DNA of 38,452 nucleotides from a virus (Duplodnaviria; Caudoviricetes): the IMG/VR virus record IMGVR_UViG_3300044667_000034, positions 1 to 38,452 of that record. One strand, written 5' to 3'. The position numbers and the translations under genes are program-made. Below, piece after piece: positions 1 through 6,674 of the stretch (the stretch's first letter is position 1; each line of letters starts with the position of its first letter). The notes under the pieces were generated by a model. It had not been told where the DNA came from. It ran no database searches and saw only the letters and a program-made list of their open reading frames with translations.

Positions 1-152
1 GCGCCGTCGATGATATCCTGGGGATCGGCGCCGTTCTTCACGAGCTTTGCGAAGGTCTCTCGCGCCAATCCGCGGCCATCCGTGTGACGCGCGTTGGGGC
101 GCCATATCTGCCAGTAAGCGTCGAAGCCGTCTGGCTCCTGTCTCTTTGCCAT
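1..152 (-). CDS. Phage protein resembling the C-terminal domain of lambdoid replication initiators (runs off the window edge)
   Basis: Hand translation from ATG at 152: MAKRQEPDGFDAYWQIWRPNARHTDGRGLARETFAKLVKNGADPQDIIDG. GGA-rich RBS upstream. The 'FDxYW...A...F.K...GADPQ.II.G' pattern resembles phage replication protein C-termini. Confidence 0.5.
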   Translation of the reverse strand, partial: MAKRQEPDGFDAYWQIWRPNARHTDGRGLARETFAKLVKNGADPQDIIDG

Positions 153-186
153 GTCTTCCGTCCTTTACCGCCCCGAGCGGCTGCTG

Positions 187-540
187 CTATCCTTCGTATG
201 GGCTTATGAGGATCGTGCAGGGCTCCCCCGCCGCAAGCCACTCGTATGAGATCCGCCGCACGTACCTGTTGCTGTCGTCCTTGATCAAACCCGCCTTGAC
301 CAAGATGTCGCAAATTGCCTTGTCAGTGTTCCCGGCGTCCCTGGGGCGCTTGTCGGGAGCAACGAGGCCGACACTGATGGAGACTTCCCCATCGATCGGC
401 TTTGGCTTCTGTGCCTTGATTTCCCATAGGGCCTCTGTCTGCCATGCCTTGTAACGCGACGTGGCAACCCGCCCCACGCCCCTTACGTTGGTGAAGCAGG
501 CCGAAAGCGGCGGAGGGAATGGCACGTGAAGCCTGATCAT
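187..540 (-). CDS. rusA: RusA family Holliday junction resolvase
   Basis: PFPPPL N-terminus, 'PDKRPRDAGNTDKAICDILVKAGLIKDDS' RusA catalytic motif, 117 aa. Confidence 0.9.
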   Translation of the reverse strand: MIRLHVPFPPPLSACFTNVRGVGRVATSRYKAWQTEALWEIKAQKPKPIDGEVSISVGLVAPDKRPRDAGNTDKAICDILVKAGLIKDDSNRYVRRISYEWLAAGEPCTILISPYEG

Positions 541-725
541 GACGCCTCACGAATGTAGAAGCGCCAACCCCAGTAGCTCTTCGGCCTGTGGACGTATCTC
601 TCTGAAAATAGAGGCTCGTTCCACGGGGCCTTGGCAAAATAGACCCGGCCGTTGACGCGCAGCCAGAAAACACCGTAGCGCGGTGAAAAGCAGAAGCCGT
701 GTTTGCCGAAAAACTTTACCGTCAT
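537..725 (-). CDS. Hypothetical phage protein (aromatic-rich, 62 aa)
   Basis: ORF track; ATGA overlap with rusA start. Confidence 0.65.
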   Translation of the reverse strand: MTVKFFGKHGFCFSPRYGVFWLRVNGRVYFAKAPWNEPLFSERYVHRPKSYWGWRFYIREAS

Positions 726-790
726 TTTCGTCTGGAACCTTTCGGAACCTTGTGTGTTTTTCTCCCGTAAGCGGGGAGATGCGTCTTGCG

Positions 791-890
791 AATAAAAGAG
801 CCCCGGAAACCCTGACTCGGGAGGAGGGACAGGAGTCCCCGGGGAAGTAGGCGGGCTCTCTGGAGGAGTTGAGGGTTGCCCGCCGGGAAC
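791..890 (-). ncRNA. Candidate CCUCCUCCC-loop (cuckoo/alpha-r14-like) small RNA ending in an intrinsic terminator
   Basis: Minus strand: GGCGGGC..AACTCCTCCA..GCCCGCC hairpin, GACTC-CTGTCCCTCCTCCC-GAGTC hairpin nested in a CCCCGG/CCGGGG stem, then a TCTTTT tail. Intergenic. Confidence 0.55.
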
Positions 891-892
891 GC

Positions 893-1258
893 CTAAACGT
901 CAGTCATGTGCAGCGGCAAAGAACGCTCCAAATGCGCAATCTTCTCTTTTGCTTCTCGTAGGAGATCAGCGGGCGACTTCGCACCAGCCTTCTGCACGGT
1001 TACAATGTAACGATCACCCGGATTGACGAACCGATCGAACACGGTCATCTCCATGAAGTTGGTCGCGCCGCCTTCGATAAACTGACCGACAAGTGTCATC
1101 GCCATGGCTTCGACCATCGGCCCGGTGACAGACAGATTGAATGAGCCATCTTCGAACCGCATCTCCTTAATGCGCGGCTCCATGCCCTCTTCCGCAAGCT
1201 TTTTGTAGTGGTCGCGCTCAGCTTTCAGCTCAGCTTTTTTCTGGGTCGTTGCCATCAC
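893..1258 (-). CDS. Hypothetical phage protein
   Basis: ORF track, 121 aa, overlaps the stop of the upstream gene. Confidence 0.8.
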   Translation of the reverse strand: MMATTQKKAELKAERDHYKKLAEEGMEPRIKEMRFEDGSFNLSVTGPMVEAMAMTLVGQFIEGGATNFMEMTVFDRFVNPGDRYIVTVQKAGAKSPADLLREAKEKIAHLERSLPLHMTDV

Positions 1259-1605
1259 GTTTCCCGTCCTTCTTCTTTGCGACCGGCCACAAAATCAGCC
1301 AGCCTAACAAGGCGCGGATCAACCGCACGACTGCGTTCTTCCTCATATGCACGTTCCATTCTTGCTGCGGCCGAATTCAGCTTTTCCCTGACGGCCAGGT
1401 ACGCATTGAGGATAGGCGCAAAACTAGACACCCGCATGTCCCGCACCTCCTCGTTTCGAAGGCGCATGGTCGTCGCGGGATGAATCCCGTAACGCGTCTG
1501 CATCCGGTACGCTGCCGCCTCTATCGTATCGCCCGGCCCGCGATATTCTTTCTCAAGAAGAAAGCCGCACATCCGCTTGGCTTCCACGATGTATTCAGCA
1601 CTCAT
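1255..1605 (-). CDS. Hypothetical phage regulator, possibly CII-like (start 1605, alternatively 1656)
   Basis: MSAEYIVEAKRM... with GGAG RBS; HTH-like 'TIEAAAYRMQTRYGIHPATTMRLR'; lies downstream of cro. Confidence 0.6.
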   Translation of the reverse strand: MSAEYIVEAKRMCGFLLEKEYRGPGDTIEAAAYRMQTRYGIHPATTMRLRNEEVRDMRVSSFAPILNAYLAVREKLNSAAARMERAYEEERSRAVDPRLVRLADFVAGRKEEGRET

Positions 1606-1748
1606 TTCTCCATTCCCTTTTTTTGTTCCGCGCAAATGTGCGTTGGATTTCTGCATTGCTGCGTTCCCTTTCGTGACAAACATCAATTCGTCACGAACCG
1701 GGGCATTCACGAGAAAGGATTACCCTGCCCCTCTCGAATTCTTTGTCA

Positions 1749-1902
1749 GGCGACCCGTACCGCCAAGCACAGTCGCCGTTTGTCCATTTGCCGAGACCGC
1801 CATGTTTAAGCAGCCCCGAACGGGAGACGAGCCGCCGCCGCAATGCTCGCCTCCCAAAATCTCCCCGGTCGGCCTTGGGTCCGCCGTACCGATCGGGGAG
1901 AT
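1749..1902 (-). other. Array of three GC-rich stem-loops in an intergenic gap (structured RNA element)
   Basis: Inverted repeats at 1749-1777, 1822-1855 and 1859-1902. Two of them have G-U pairs that only work on the minus strand. Confidence 0.5.
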
Positions 1903-1925
1903 CATCCAAACCATTGTCAGCCGCT

Positions 1926-2111
1926 TCAGTCGTCTACAGCCAGAAGCCGAAACACCCGATGCTCACCGCACTTCTCGCAGGAGCAAAAGACAGCAGAACC
2001 TGTGACCCTCTTTCGATCAGTGAACTTGTCCGTGACCGAGATCTTGCCCTCGTCATACTTCACCCACTTGTGGACATGGCCCGTGATGAGGAACTTGAGC
2101 AGCCAGATCAT
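1926..2111 (-). CDS. Small hypothetical protein (HxH...CxxC zinc-ribbon-like)
   Basis: ORF track; GHVHKW...CSCEKCG. Confidence 0.7.
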   Translation of the reverse strand: MIWLLKFLITGHVHKWVKYDEGKISVTDKFTDRKRVTGSAVFCSCEKCGEHRVFRLLAVDD

Positions 2112-2293
2112 TCCACCCTCCCGATCAGCTCATCCTCAAGGGCTGCTGCCAGTTTGCTTTCGAGGTCGTGTTCCATGATTGTCTCGTCGTCGCGTAGCGC
2201 GTTCTCCATCTCCACCAGCTTGAACAGCTTTCTTCCGTCTTCTGACGATAGGAGGGGTTTGGTGTTGCGGAGGGGGTATGAATGAGCGGTCAT
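2108..2293 (-). CDS. Small hypothetical protein
   Basis: ORF track; coupled to both neighbours. Confidence 0.7.
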   Translation of the reverse strand: MTAHSYPLRNTKPLLSSEDGRKLFKLVEMENALRDDETIMEHDLESKLAAALEDELIGRVE

Positions 2294-2761
2294 TTACAAG
2301 CGCTCCCGGAAAATCGCGTCGATGATGTCTTGGCAAAGCGGGACACGCCCATGATCCAAGTCGTCCGCTTGCAGGATGCCCCGCACCTCTCTGCGAAGGT
2401 CGAGGTCTTCACCTTCATCACCAAGGATGAGATCAGCCTTCAAAAGGCGCCGAAGTACGTCGATGAGATATTCCCGATCCTCGGAGGCAGCCTCAGCCTT
2501 CTCAGCTCGCTGGATCGTATCTATGACCTGATCTCGGTATTTTCGGAGTTCGTCCATGCGGTTTGCCGCCATGGCCTGGAGGCTGTAATCGCGAGGAAGG
2601 CTACAGACATCAGCGCCAGCGAGGATTTCCCTCACCTCTCGTGCCGATTTGATCGCCTCGGCGATGACCCACGCCTCAGACGGCGAAATTTCCACGTGGC
2701 AGCGCGTGTTGACGGACGTATGAAGCTTCGCCATCGCTTTGTCGAACATCTCGGTGCTCAT
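2294..2761 (-). CDS. Hypothetical phage protein
   Basis: ORF track, 155 aa, abuts both neighbours. Confidence 0.8.
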   Translation of the reverse strand: MSTEMFDKAMAKLHTSVNTRCHVEISPSEAWVIAEAIKSAREVREILAGADVCSLPRDYSLQAMAANRMDELRKYRDQVIDTIQRAEKAEAASEDREYLIDVLRRLLKADLILGDEGEDLDLRREVRGILQADDLDHGRVPLCQDIIDAIFRERL

Positions 2762-2998
2762 TCACGCCTCCTGCCCGTTGAGAATTTGGCGCCACACGAT
2801 CAGCGCACCTACGCCGTCCATAGCCGCCTTGTGGGCGACGGAGGCGCAGCGCTCGCGCTCTTCGTCTCTCGCTGCCTGGATTGCGCGGGCGAAGATGTCC
2901 TTGAAGACGTCATCATCCCATTCGTGCATCGTACGGCGGTCGAACTCGGCCCACGCTTTGTTCGCCTTATCAATGACGATTGCCTCGATCTCGCTCAT
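2762..2998 (-). CDS. Hypothetical phage protein
   Basis: ORF track; GAGGAG RBS; 'ARDEERERCASVA' motif common in small phage ORFs. Confidence 0.75.
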   Translation of the reverse strand: MSEIEAIVIDKANKAWAEFDRRTMHEWDDDVFKDIFARAIQAARDEERERCASVAHKAAMDGVGALIVWRQILNGQEA

Positions 2999-3001
2999 CT
3001 C

Positions 3002-3406
3002 TCACTCCTCAATAGAAGGGGGAGCGGGCAAGGGGCGCCAGTGAGTGAACTGTCCGTATTCAATGTCAGCGACATCCGCAAAAAGATCGTCGGCATATCG
3101 CCAGAAGCCGGGCTCTCCGACCTCCTTGGCTGTGTCTTCGTCGAAGATCTGGTAGAAGATGACCTCCGGCCATTCATAACCAATGGCCGTCGCCAGGATC
3201 TTCTGCTCGTTCATCGGCGCCGTCTCGAACGGCTGCCAGGCATTGGCTATTCCGCCAGCGATCTCCATCCCCACATTGAACACAGCCGCGCGGAGATCAT
3301 TGTCGTTTGTCGACGCCTTCGCTGCGATCAGATCGTCTCTGCGGCGCTGGATAATCCGGGAGACCGTTTCTCTCGCGAGTTCTTCTCTGGGGGATGGGGA
3401 GGTCAT
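3002..3406 (-). CDS. DUF551-like phage protein
   Basis: 'WQPFETAP...FTHWRPLPAPP' signature. Confidence 0.8.
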   Translation of the reverse strand: MTSPSPREELARETVSRIIQRRRDDLIAAKASTNDNDLRAAVFNVGMEIAGGIANAWQPFETAPMNEQKILATAIGYEWPEVIFYQIFDEDTAKEVGEPGFWRYADDLFADVADIEYGQFTHWRPLPAPPSIEE

Positions 3407-3603
3407 GACGCCCTCGCTATGGCTTCGGAAATGCCGTGATGGGTGACGTAATGATCAATGTTGATATCCGGCAGCGCTCCGAACGAACGGATCAGTTCCA
3501 CCTGTCGGCCGTCGTCAAGCTGAACGAGGACAAGGATGTTCTGCCCGTGCTCGCCGCGAGGCTCCGTGCGAAGGATGATATCAGTGATGGCCCAGTCGCT
3601 CAT
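3403..3603 (-). CDS. Small hypothetical protein
   Basis: ORF track; ATGA overlaps. Confidence 0.7.
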   Translation of the reverse strand: MSDWAITDIILRTEPRGEHGQNILVLVQLDDGRQVELIRSFGALPDINIDHYVTHHGISEAIARAS

Positions 3604-3806
3604 GGCAGCAACTCCCCATCATCGATGGCTTTGGAGCGACGGGCCTTTGCTTCGTCGGTGAGGGTGTCGGGATGACGTATCGTTTTGAGTTCGTCGTATT
3701 GCCGCCAAACCCTGCAGCAGTAGCAGTTCGCGTCAAAGTCTGGGCAGCGCTCCCCGAATTGCTCCGTGATGGCTTCCGCGATCAGGTCTTCCTGTTTCTC
3801 GCTCAT
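3600..3806 (-). CDS. Small hypothetical protein (Cys-rich)
   Basis: ORF track; 'FGERCPDFDANCYCC'; GGAGG RBS. Confidence 0.75.
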   Translation of the reverse strand: MSEKQEDLIAEAITEQFGERCPDFDANCYCCRVWRQYDELKTIRHPDTLTDEAKARRSKAIDDGELLP

Positions 3807-4187
3807 TCACGCCTCCACTCGGATCGCTGCACGTGCCCGTTCGGCCAGACGCTCGATGATGGTTGCTTTCGCGTCGAGCATCGCCAGCTCTCGCAGGTCT
3901 TCTCCGTCGAGTTCAGCTATCGATTCCAGGACTGCCAGTTTCTTGGCGTGGCGTTTCTCCTCTTCCTCCCGCACGAAATTGACGACCGCGAGCAAACCGC
4001 GAAACCGGTCCTGTTCCAGGTCATCCAGCGTGCCATCCCATGGCAGCGGTATGGAAATGCTGTGAACTTCCAGAATGCCAGAGGCGGAATTGACGAGTTC
4101 GCGGACATCCCTCGGAATGCCGTCGCAACTGCACTTGCACTGGTCGATGTTTTTTTCGCCACAGGCGCAGACGGGTATCTCGCTCAT
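3807..4187 (-). CDS. Hypothetical phage protein
   Basis: ORF track, 126 aa, Cys-rich N-terminus. Confidence 0.7.
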   Translation of the reverse strand: MSEIPVCACGEKNIDQCKCSCDGIPRDVRELVNSASGILEVHSISIPLPWDGTLDDLEQDRFRGLLAVVNFVREEEEKRHAKKLAVLESIAELDGEDLRELAMLDAKATIIERLAERARAAIRVEA

Positions 4188-4232
4188 TACGCTTGCTCTC
4201 TCTCTGGGAGTGAGGAAGGGAGGGACGACACT

Positions 4233-4568
4233 TCAGGCCGTCCGCCAGACGCGGACACCTCCGTCTACGGAGCGATAGGTGAACTCGAAGCCGGTTCGCT
4301 TGTGCGCAGCGTTGGTAAGGGAGCCGACGGCATTCTTGGTTTTGCCGCTTATCAAGACGCTGTCGCCAACTTCCATGACGTAAAAAGGATACTTGCGGTT
4401 CGCATGGCCGCGAATTACGTCGGGGACGGGGATACCCTTCTCGACGACGAAGCCGCCGACATTGCGTGTCGCATTCAACCTTGCTACATTCGTCATGTTC
4501 GCATCCTCATGGCGGGCGTCTTCGGGCGTGCCGCCATTTTTGTTGAATTGTCCCCGGAGACTGTTCAT
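4233..4568 (-). CDS. Small phage protein, probably DNA-binding (start 4568 or further downstream)
   Basis: 'EKGIPVP...KYPFYVMEVGDSV...FTYRSVDGGVRVWR' is a common phage small-protein pattern; ATG at 4568 overlaps the cro stop. Confidence 0.75.
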   Translation of the reverse strand: MNSLRGQFNKNGGTPEDARHEDANMTNVARLNATRNVGGFVVEKGIPVPDVIRGHANRKYPFYVMEVGDSVLISGKTKNAVGSLTNAAHKRTGFEFTYRSVDGGVRVWRTA

Positions 4569-4771
4569 GCGCGCTCCCGCTCTGCTGCATCGAGCCAGTC
4601 TTCGAAATCGACCTTGCCCCCGGTCCCAGCCTTGATCTTGGCGACGACGCCGATCCCCGGTGAGCGTTCCCCCCGAAGAATCCTCGTGATTGTGGACGGT
4701 GGCACGCCGATGCTTGCCGCGAAGGCGACCGGTTTGATGTTGTTGTCGGAGAGGTACTGTTCGAGCTTCAT
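4565..4771 (-). CDS. cro: Cro-like HTH transcriptional regulator
   Basis: MKLEQYLSDNNIKPVAFAASIGVPPSTITRILRGERSP: XRE HTH, divergent from cI. Confidence 0.85.
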   Translation of the reverse strand: MKLEQYLSDNNIKPVAFAASIGVPPSTITRILRGERSPGIGVVAKIKAGTGGKVDFEDWLDAAERERA

Positions 4772-4779
4772 GATGCCCG

Positions 4780-4852
4780 AACTTGCCACATGGCAATTTT
4801 ATTGTCAATCGGCTTTTGCCAGTTGGCTCTGGATTATTTTTCCAGTTGGCAA
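4780..4852. promoter_or_regulatory. OR-like operator/promoter block: PR (TTGACA 4808-4803, CAAGTT 4785-4780, minus strand) with operators at 4783-4796, 4816-4829 and 4839-4852
   Basis: TTGCCACATGGCAA, TTGCCAGTTGGCTC and TTTCCAGTTGGCAA match TTGCCA-NN-TGGCAA; 17-nt spacer promoter; lies between cro and cI. Confidence 0.85.
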
Positions 4853-4863
4853 ATAACGGGCGA

Positions 4864-5601
4864 ATGGCAAACCAAATACGCAAAATCCGCAAGGCGAAAG
4901 ACGTTACGCTCGAGGACTTGTCCGAGTTCACCGGGATATCACCTGGGCACCTTCAGCGAATGGAAACTGGGCAGCGCGGTCTATCCCTCGAGAATGTGCT
5001 CAAGATCGCAAAGGCGCTCGGGGTCGAGCCTGTCGAACTCACCGACGAGTTCGACCATGAGCAGCTAGCTGCTGCTGCTGCGATGCCGTTGGGGTCCATC
5101 ATCGGCGGAAACAGCCGCGACAACGACGAAGTGCGTGAGCTATACGCTCGCGCCGGAGCCGGTGGCGGCGGGACTTTCGATCTCATCAACGTCACGGACG
5201 AGCATGACAATCAGATTTCGGCCGACGTGGTGAAAGACCACTGGCGGATACCGACATCATTCCTACAGGGCGAGCTGCGGCTTGAAGCGTCGAAGGCTGT
5301 GATGATCGAGGTGACCGGGGATTCCGGCTATGACCCGAACAATCCCCACGCGCCCGGTTCGGTATTCCCCGGCGACCGCGTAATCGTCAATGGCCTGGAC
5401 ACGCGCCCTACCCCGCCCGGCCCGTTTCTCGTGTACGACGGCACGGGCTTCGTCGTGAAACTATGCGAGCCCGTGCATGGGTCGGACCCGCCGGCGATTC
5501 GCCTCGCCAGCAGGAATCCAAATTACACCCCCTACAACATTACGCTGGACGACGGGCATATCATCGTTGGGCGTGTCGTGGGCCGCTTTACGAGGATGTG
5601 A
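4864..5601 (+). CDS. cI: CI-like repressor (XRE HTH plus S24 peptidase domain)
   Basis: MANQIRKIRKAKDVTLEDLS HTH; Ala-Gly site 'ARAGAGGG'; 'VTGDS', 'PGDRVIV', 'VVKL', 'IVGRVV'. Confidence 0.9.
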   Translation: MANQIRKIRKAKDVTLEDLSEFTGISPGHLQRMETGQRGLSLENVLKIAKALGVEPVELTDEFDHEQLAAAAAMPLGSIIGGNSRDNDEVRELYARAGAGGGGTFDLINVTDEHDNQISADVVKDHWRIPTSFLQGELRLEASKAVMIEVTGDSGYDPNNPHAPGSVFPGDRVIVNGLDTRPTPPGPFLVYDGTGFVVKLCEPVHGSDPPAIRLASRNPNYTPYNITLDDGHIIVGRVVGRFTRM

Positions 5602-5927
5602 TGCCCAAGCTCCTCTCCGCCCTTTGCCTATGCCTTCTATTTTCTCGGGCCGCATCGGCCATGACGGGCGCGGAGCTTTTGGAAGCTGATAGGGAATTTG
5701 CAGAAGGATATGTTTTGGGCGCCGTGGAAAGCCATGTGTTTTCCTTTCACGGCAAGCCAACGCTCGACGCCAAAATAACGAAGAGACGTCAATGCGTCAT
5801 AGGTACCAACATCAACAGTAGCGGGCTCTATGAACTGGTTGTGCGCCACCTTAAGCAACACCCAAAAGAACTTGGGAATCCGGCCTTCGGGGCGGCGATT
5901 AACGCCGTTTCAGAGATGTGTGATTGA
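5601..5927 (+). CDS. Secreted Rap1a/Tai-like immunity-family protein
   Basis: Signal peptide MPKLLSALCLCLLFSRAASA; 'TGAELL..GYVLGAVE..C..VVRHLKQHPKELGNPA..A...C' pattern; TGATG coupling to cI. Confidence 0.7.
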   Translation: MPKLLSALCLCLLFSRAASAMTGAELLEADREFAEGYVLGAVESHVFSFHGKPTLDAKITKRRQCVIGTNINSSGLYELVVRHLKQHPKELGNPAFGAAINAVSEMCD

Positions 5928-5994
5928 TACTATTCGACAAGAGATCTGACCCTTCTAACAACTCCCCTCAGAGCAAGAACCCTTAAAAGAGACG

Positions 5995-6066
5995 TTTATA
6001 TATTCGGCCTTTATATATTCAGCACGCACTCACTGCGTATGTGACACACGCACTCACTGCGTATGT
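5995..6066. repeat. Iteron-like repeats: 2x TTTATATATTC (5995-6005, 6010-6020) and 2x CACGCACTCACTGCGTATGT (6023-6042, 6047-6066)
   Basis: Exact direct repeats read from the sequence; the 20-mer contains an ACGCA-N5-TGCGT dyad. Confidence 0.85.
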
Positions 6067-6374
6067 TCATAGGGCATGCGGATGAAATACTTATTTCCGC
6101 CTCTTGCCGGTCGGATCGCAATCAGCAGCCCCATATCCTCCAGTTTCATAGTTGCCTTGCTCACTGAATTGGTGCTGCATCCGACCTCCTTTGCGATTGT
6201 CTTCACGTGCCACCACGACGACTGATCGTCGCCGTTCATCCGTTTTGAGATGAAATAGGCAACCCGAAACTCGACATGGCTGATCGCGGAGTTGGTGGAC
6301 AAATAGTCCAGCCACATGCGTCGCTTTTCGTAGAAGGCCGCGGCGGCTTGGCCCTGATCATTTTTCCTGAGCAT
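6054..6374 (-). CDS. Winged-HTH protein resembling the N-terminus of phage replication initiators (106 aa)
   Basis: MLRKNDQG... with GAGGGG RBS; 'EFRVAYFISKRMN...SWWHVKTIAKEVGCSTNSVSKATMKLEDMGLL...GGNKY' is HTH_36-like. Confidence 0.75.
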   Translation of the reverse strand: MLRKNDQGQAAAAFYEKRRMWLDYLSTNSAISHVEFRVAYFISKRMNGDDQSSWWHVKTIAKEVGCSTNSVSKATMKLEDMGLLIAIRPARGGNKYFIRMPYEHTQ

Positions 6375-6382
6375 CCCCTCTT

Positions 6383-6453
6383 TTGCCACAAGGCGATATT
6401 TTTTGCCAGATGGCATTTTGCCGATTGACATCTTTTTTGCCACGTGGCAAGTT
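6383..6453. promoter_or_regulatory. OL-like operator/promoter block: PL (TTGACA 6425-6430, CAAGTT 6448-6453, plus strand) with operators at 6383-6396, 6403-6416 and 6437-6450
   Basis: Perfect palindrome TTGCCACGTGGCAA at 6437-6450, plus TTGCCAGATGGCAT and TTGCCACAAGGCGA; same architecture as PR. Confidence 0.85.
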
Positions 6454-6529
6454 CTCTCCATCAGCCCAGCCGATCAACTCCGGTTCGAAGAAGCAGGGCT
6501 GATCTCGCAACTGAGCAAAGGAGATGGAG

Positions 6530-6574
6530 ATGCCGCCGAACGCGACCCTCACCAATCTGAAAACCTTGTTCTGA
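6530..6574 (+). CDS. Possible 14-aa leader peptide (MPPNATLTNLKTLF)
   Basis: AAAGGAG RBS 6 nt upstream; first ORF after PL. Confidence 0.3.
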   Translation: MPPNATLTNLKTLF

Positions 6575-6647
6575 TCGACCGACGCCGGCCTGGACCGGGC
6601 GCGGGGAAGCGGATGGCCCCTGTAACTCCTCCGCATCAACTCTCAAG

Positions 6648-6674
6648 GCTCCTGGGCATGAGCAAAACTGCCCA
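6648..6674 (+). ncRNA. Compact H-type pseudoknot RNA motif
   Basis: GCTC(6648-51)/GAGC(6660-63) and TGGGCA(6653-58)/TGCCCA(6669-74) stems cross, with an AAAAC loop. Confidence 0.5.

Noticed and set aside
2282-4856. Long plus-strand ORFs 2282..3439 (385 aa) and 3672..4856 (394 aa)
   Set aside because: Antisense shadows of coupled minus-strand genes in GC-rich DNA; no motifs or RBS. Staying open across several genes is partly explained by those genes abutting in the same frame.
4569-4931. Upstream extensions of ORFs 4233..4931, 4783..5601 and 4565..4789
   Set aside because: They run through cro, the operators or cI; the shorter starts (4568, 4864, 4771) fit the domain boundaries.
6023-6066. 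CRISPR-like array
   Set aside because: Only two 20-bp units with a 4-bp spacer, and no cas genes.
6375-6461. N-terminal extension of the wHTH ORF
   Set aside because: It covers the OL operators and PL promoter; ATG 6374 has an RBS.
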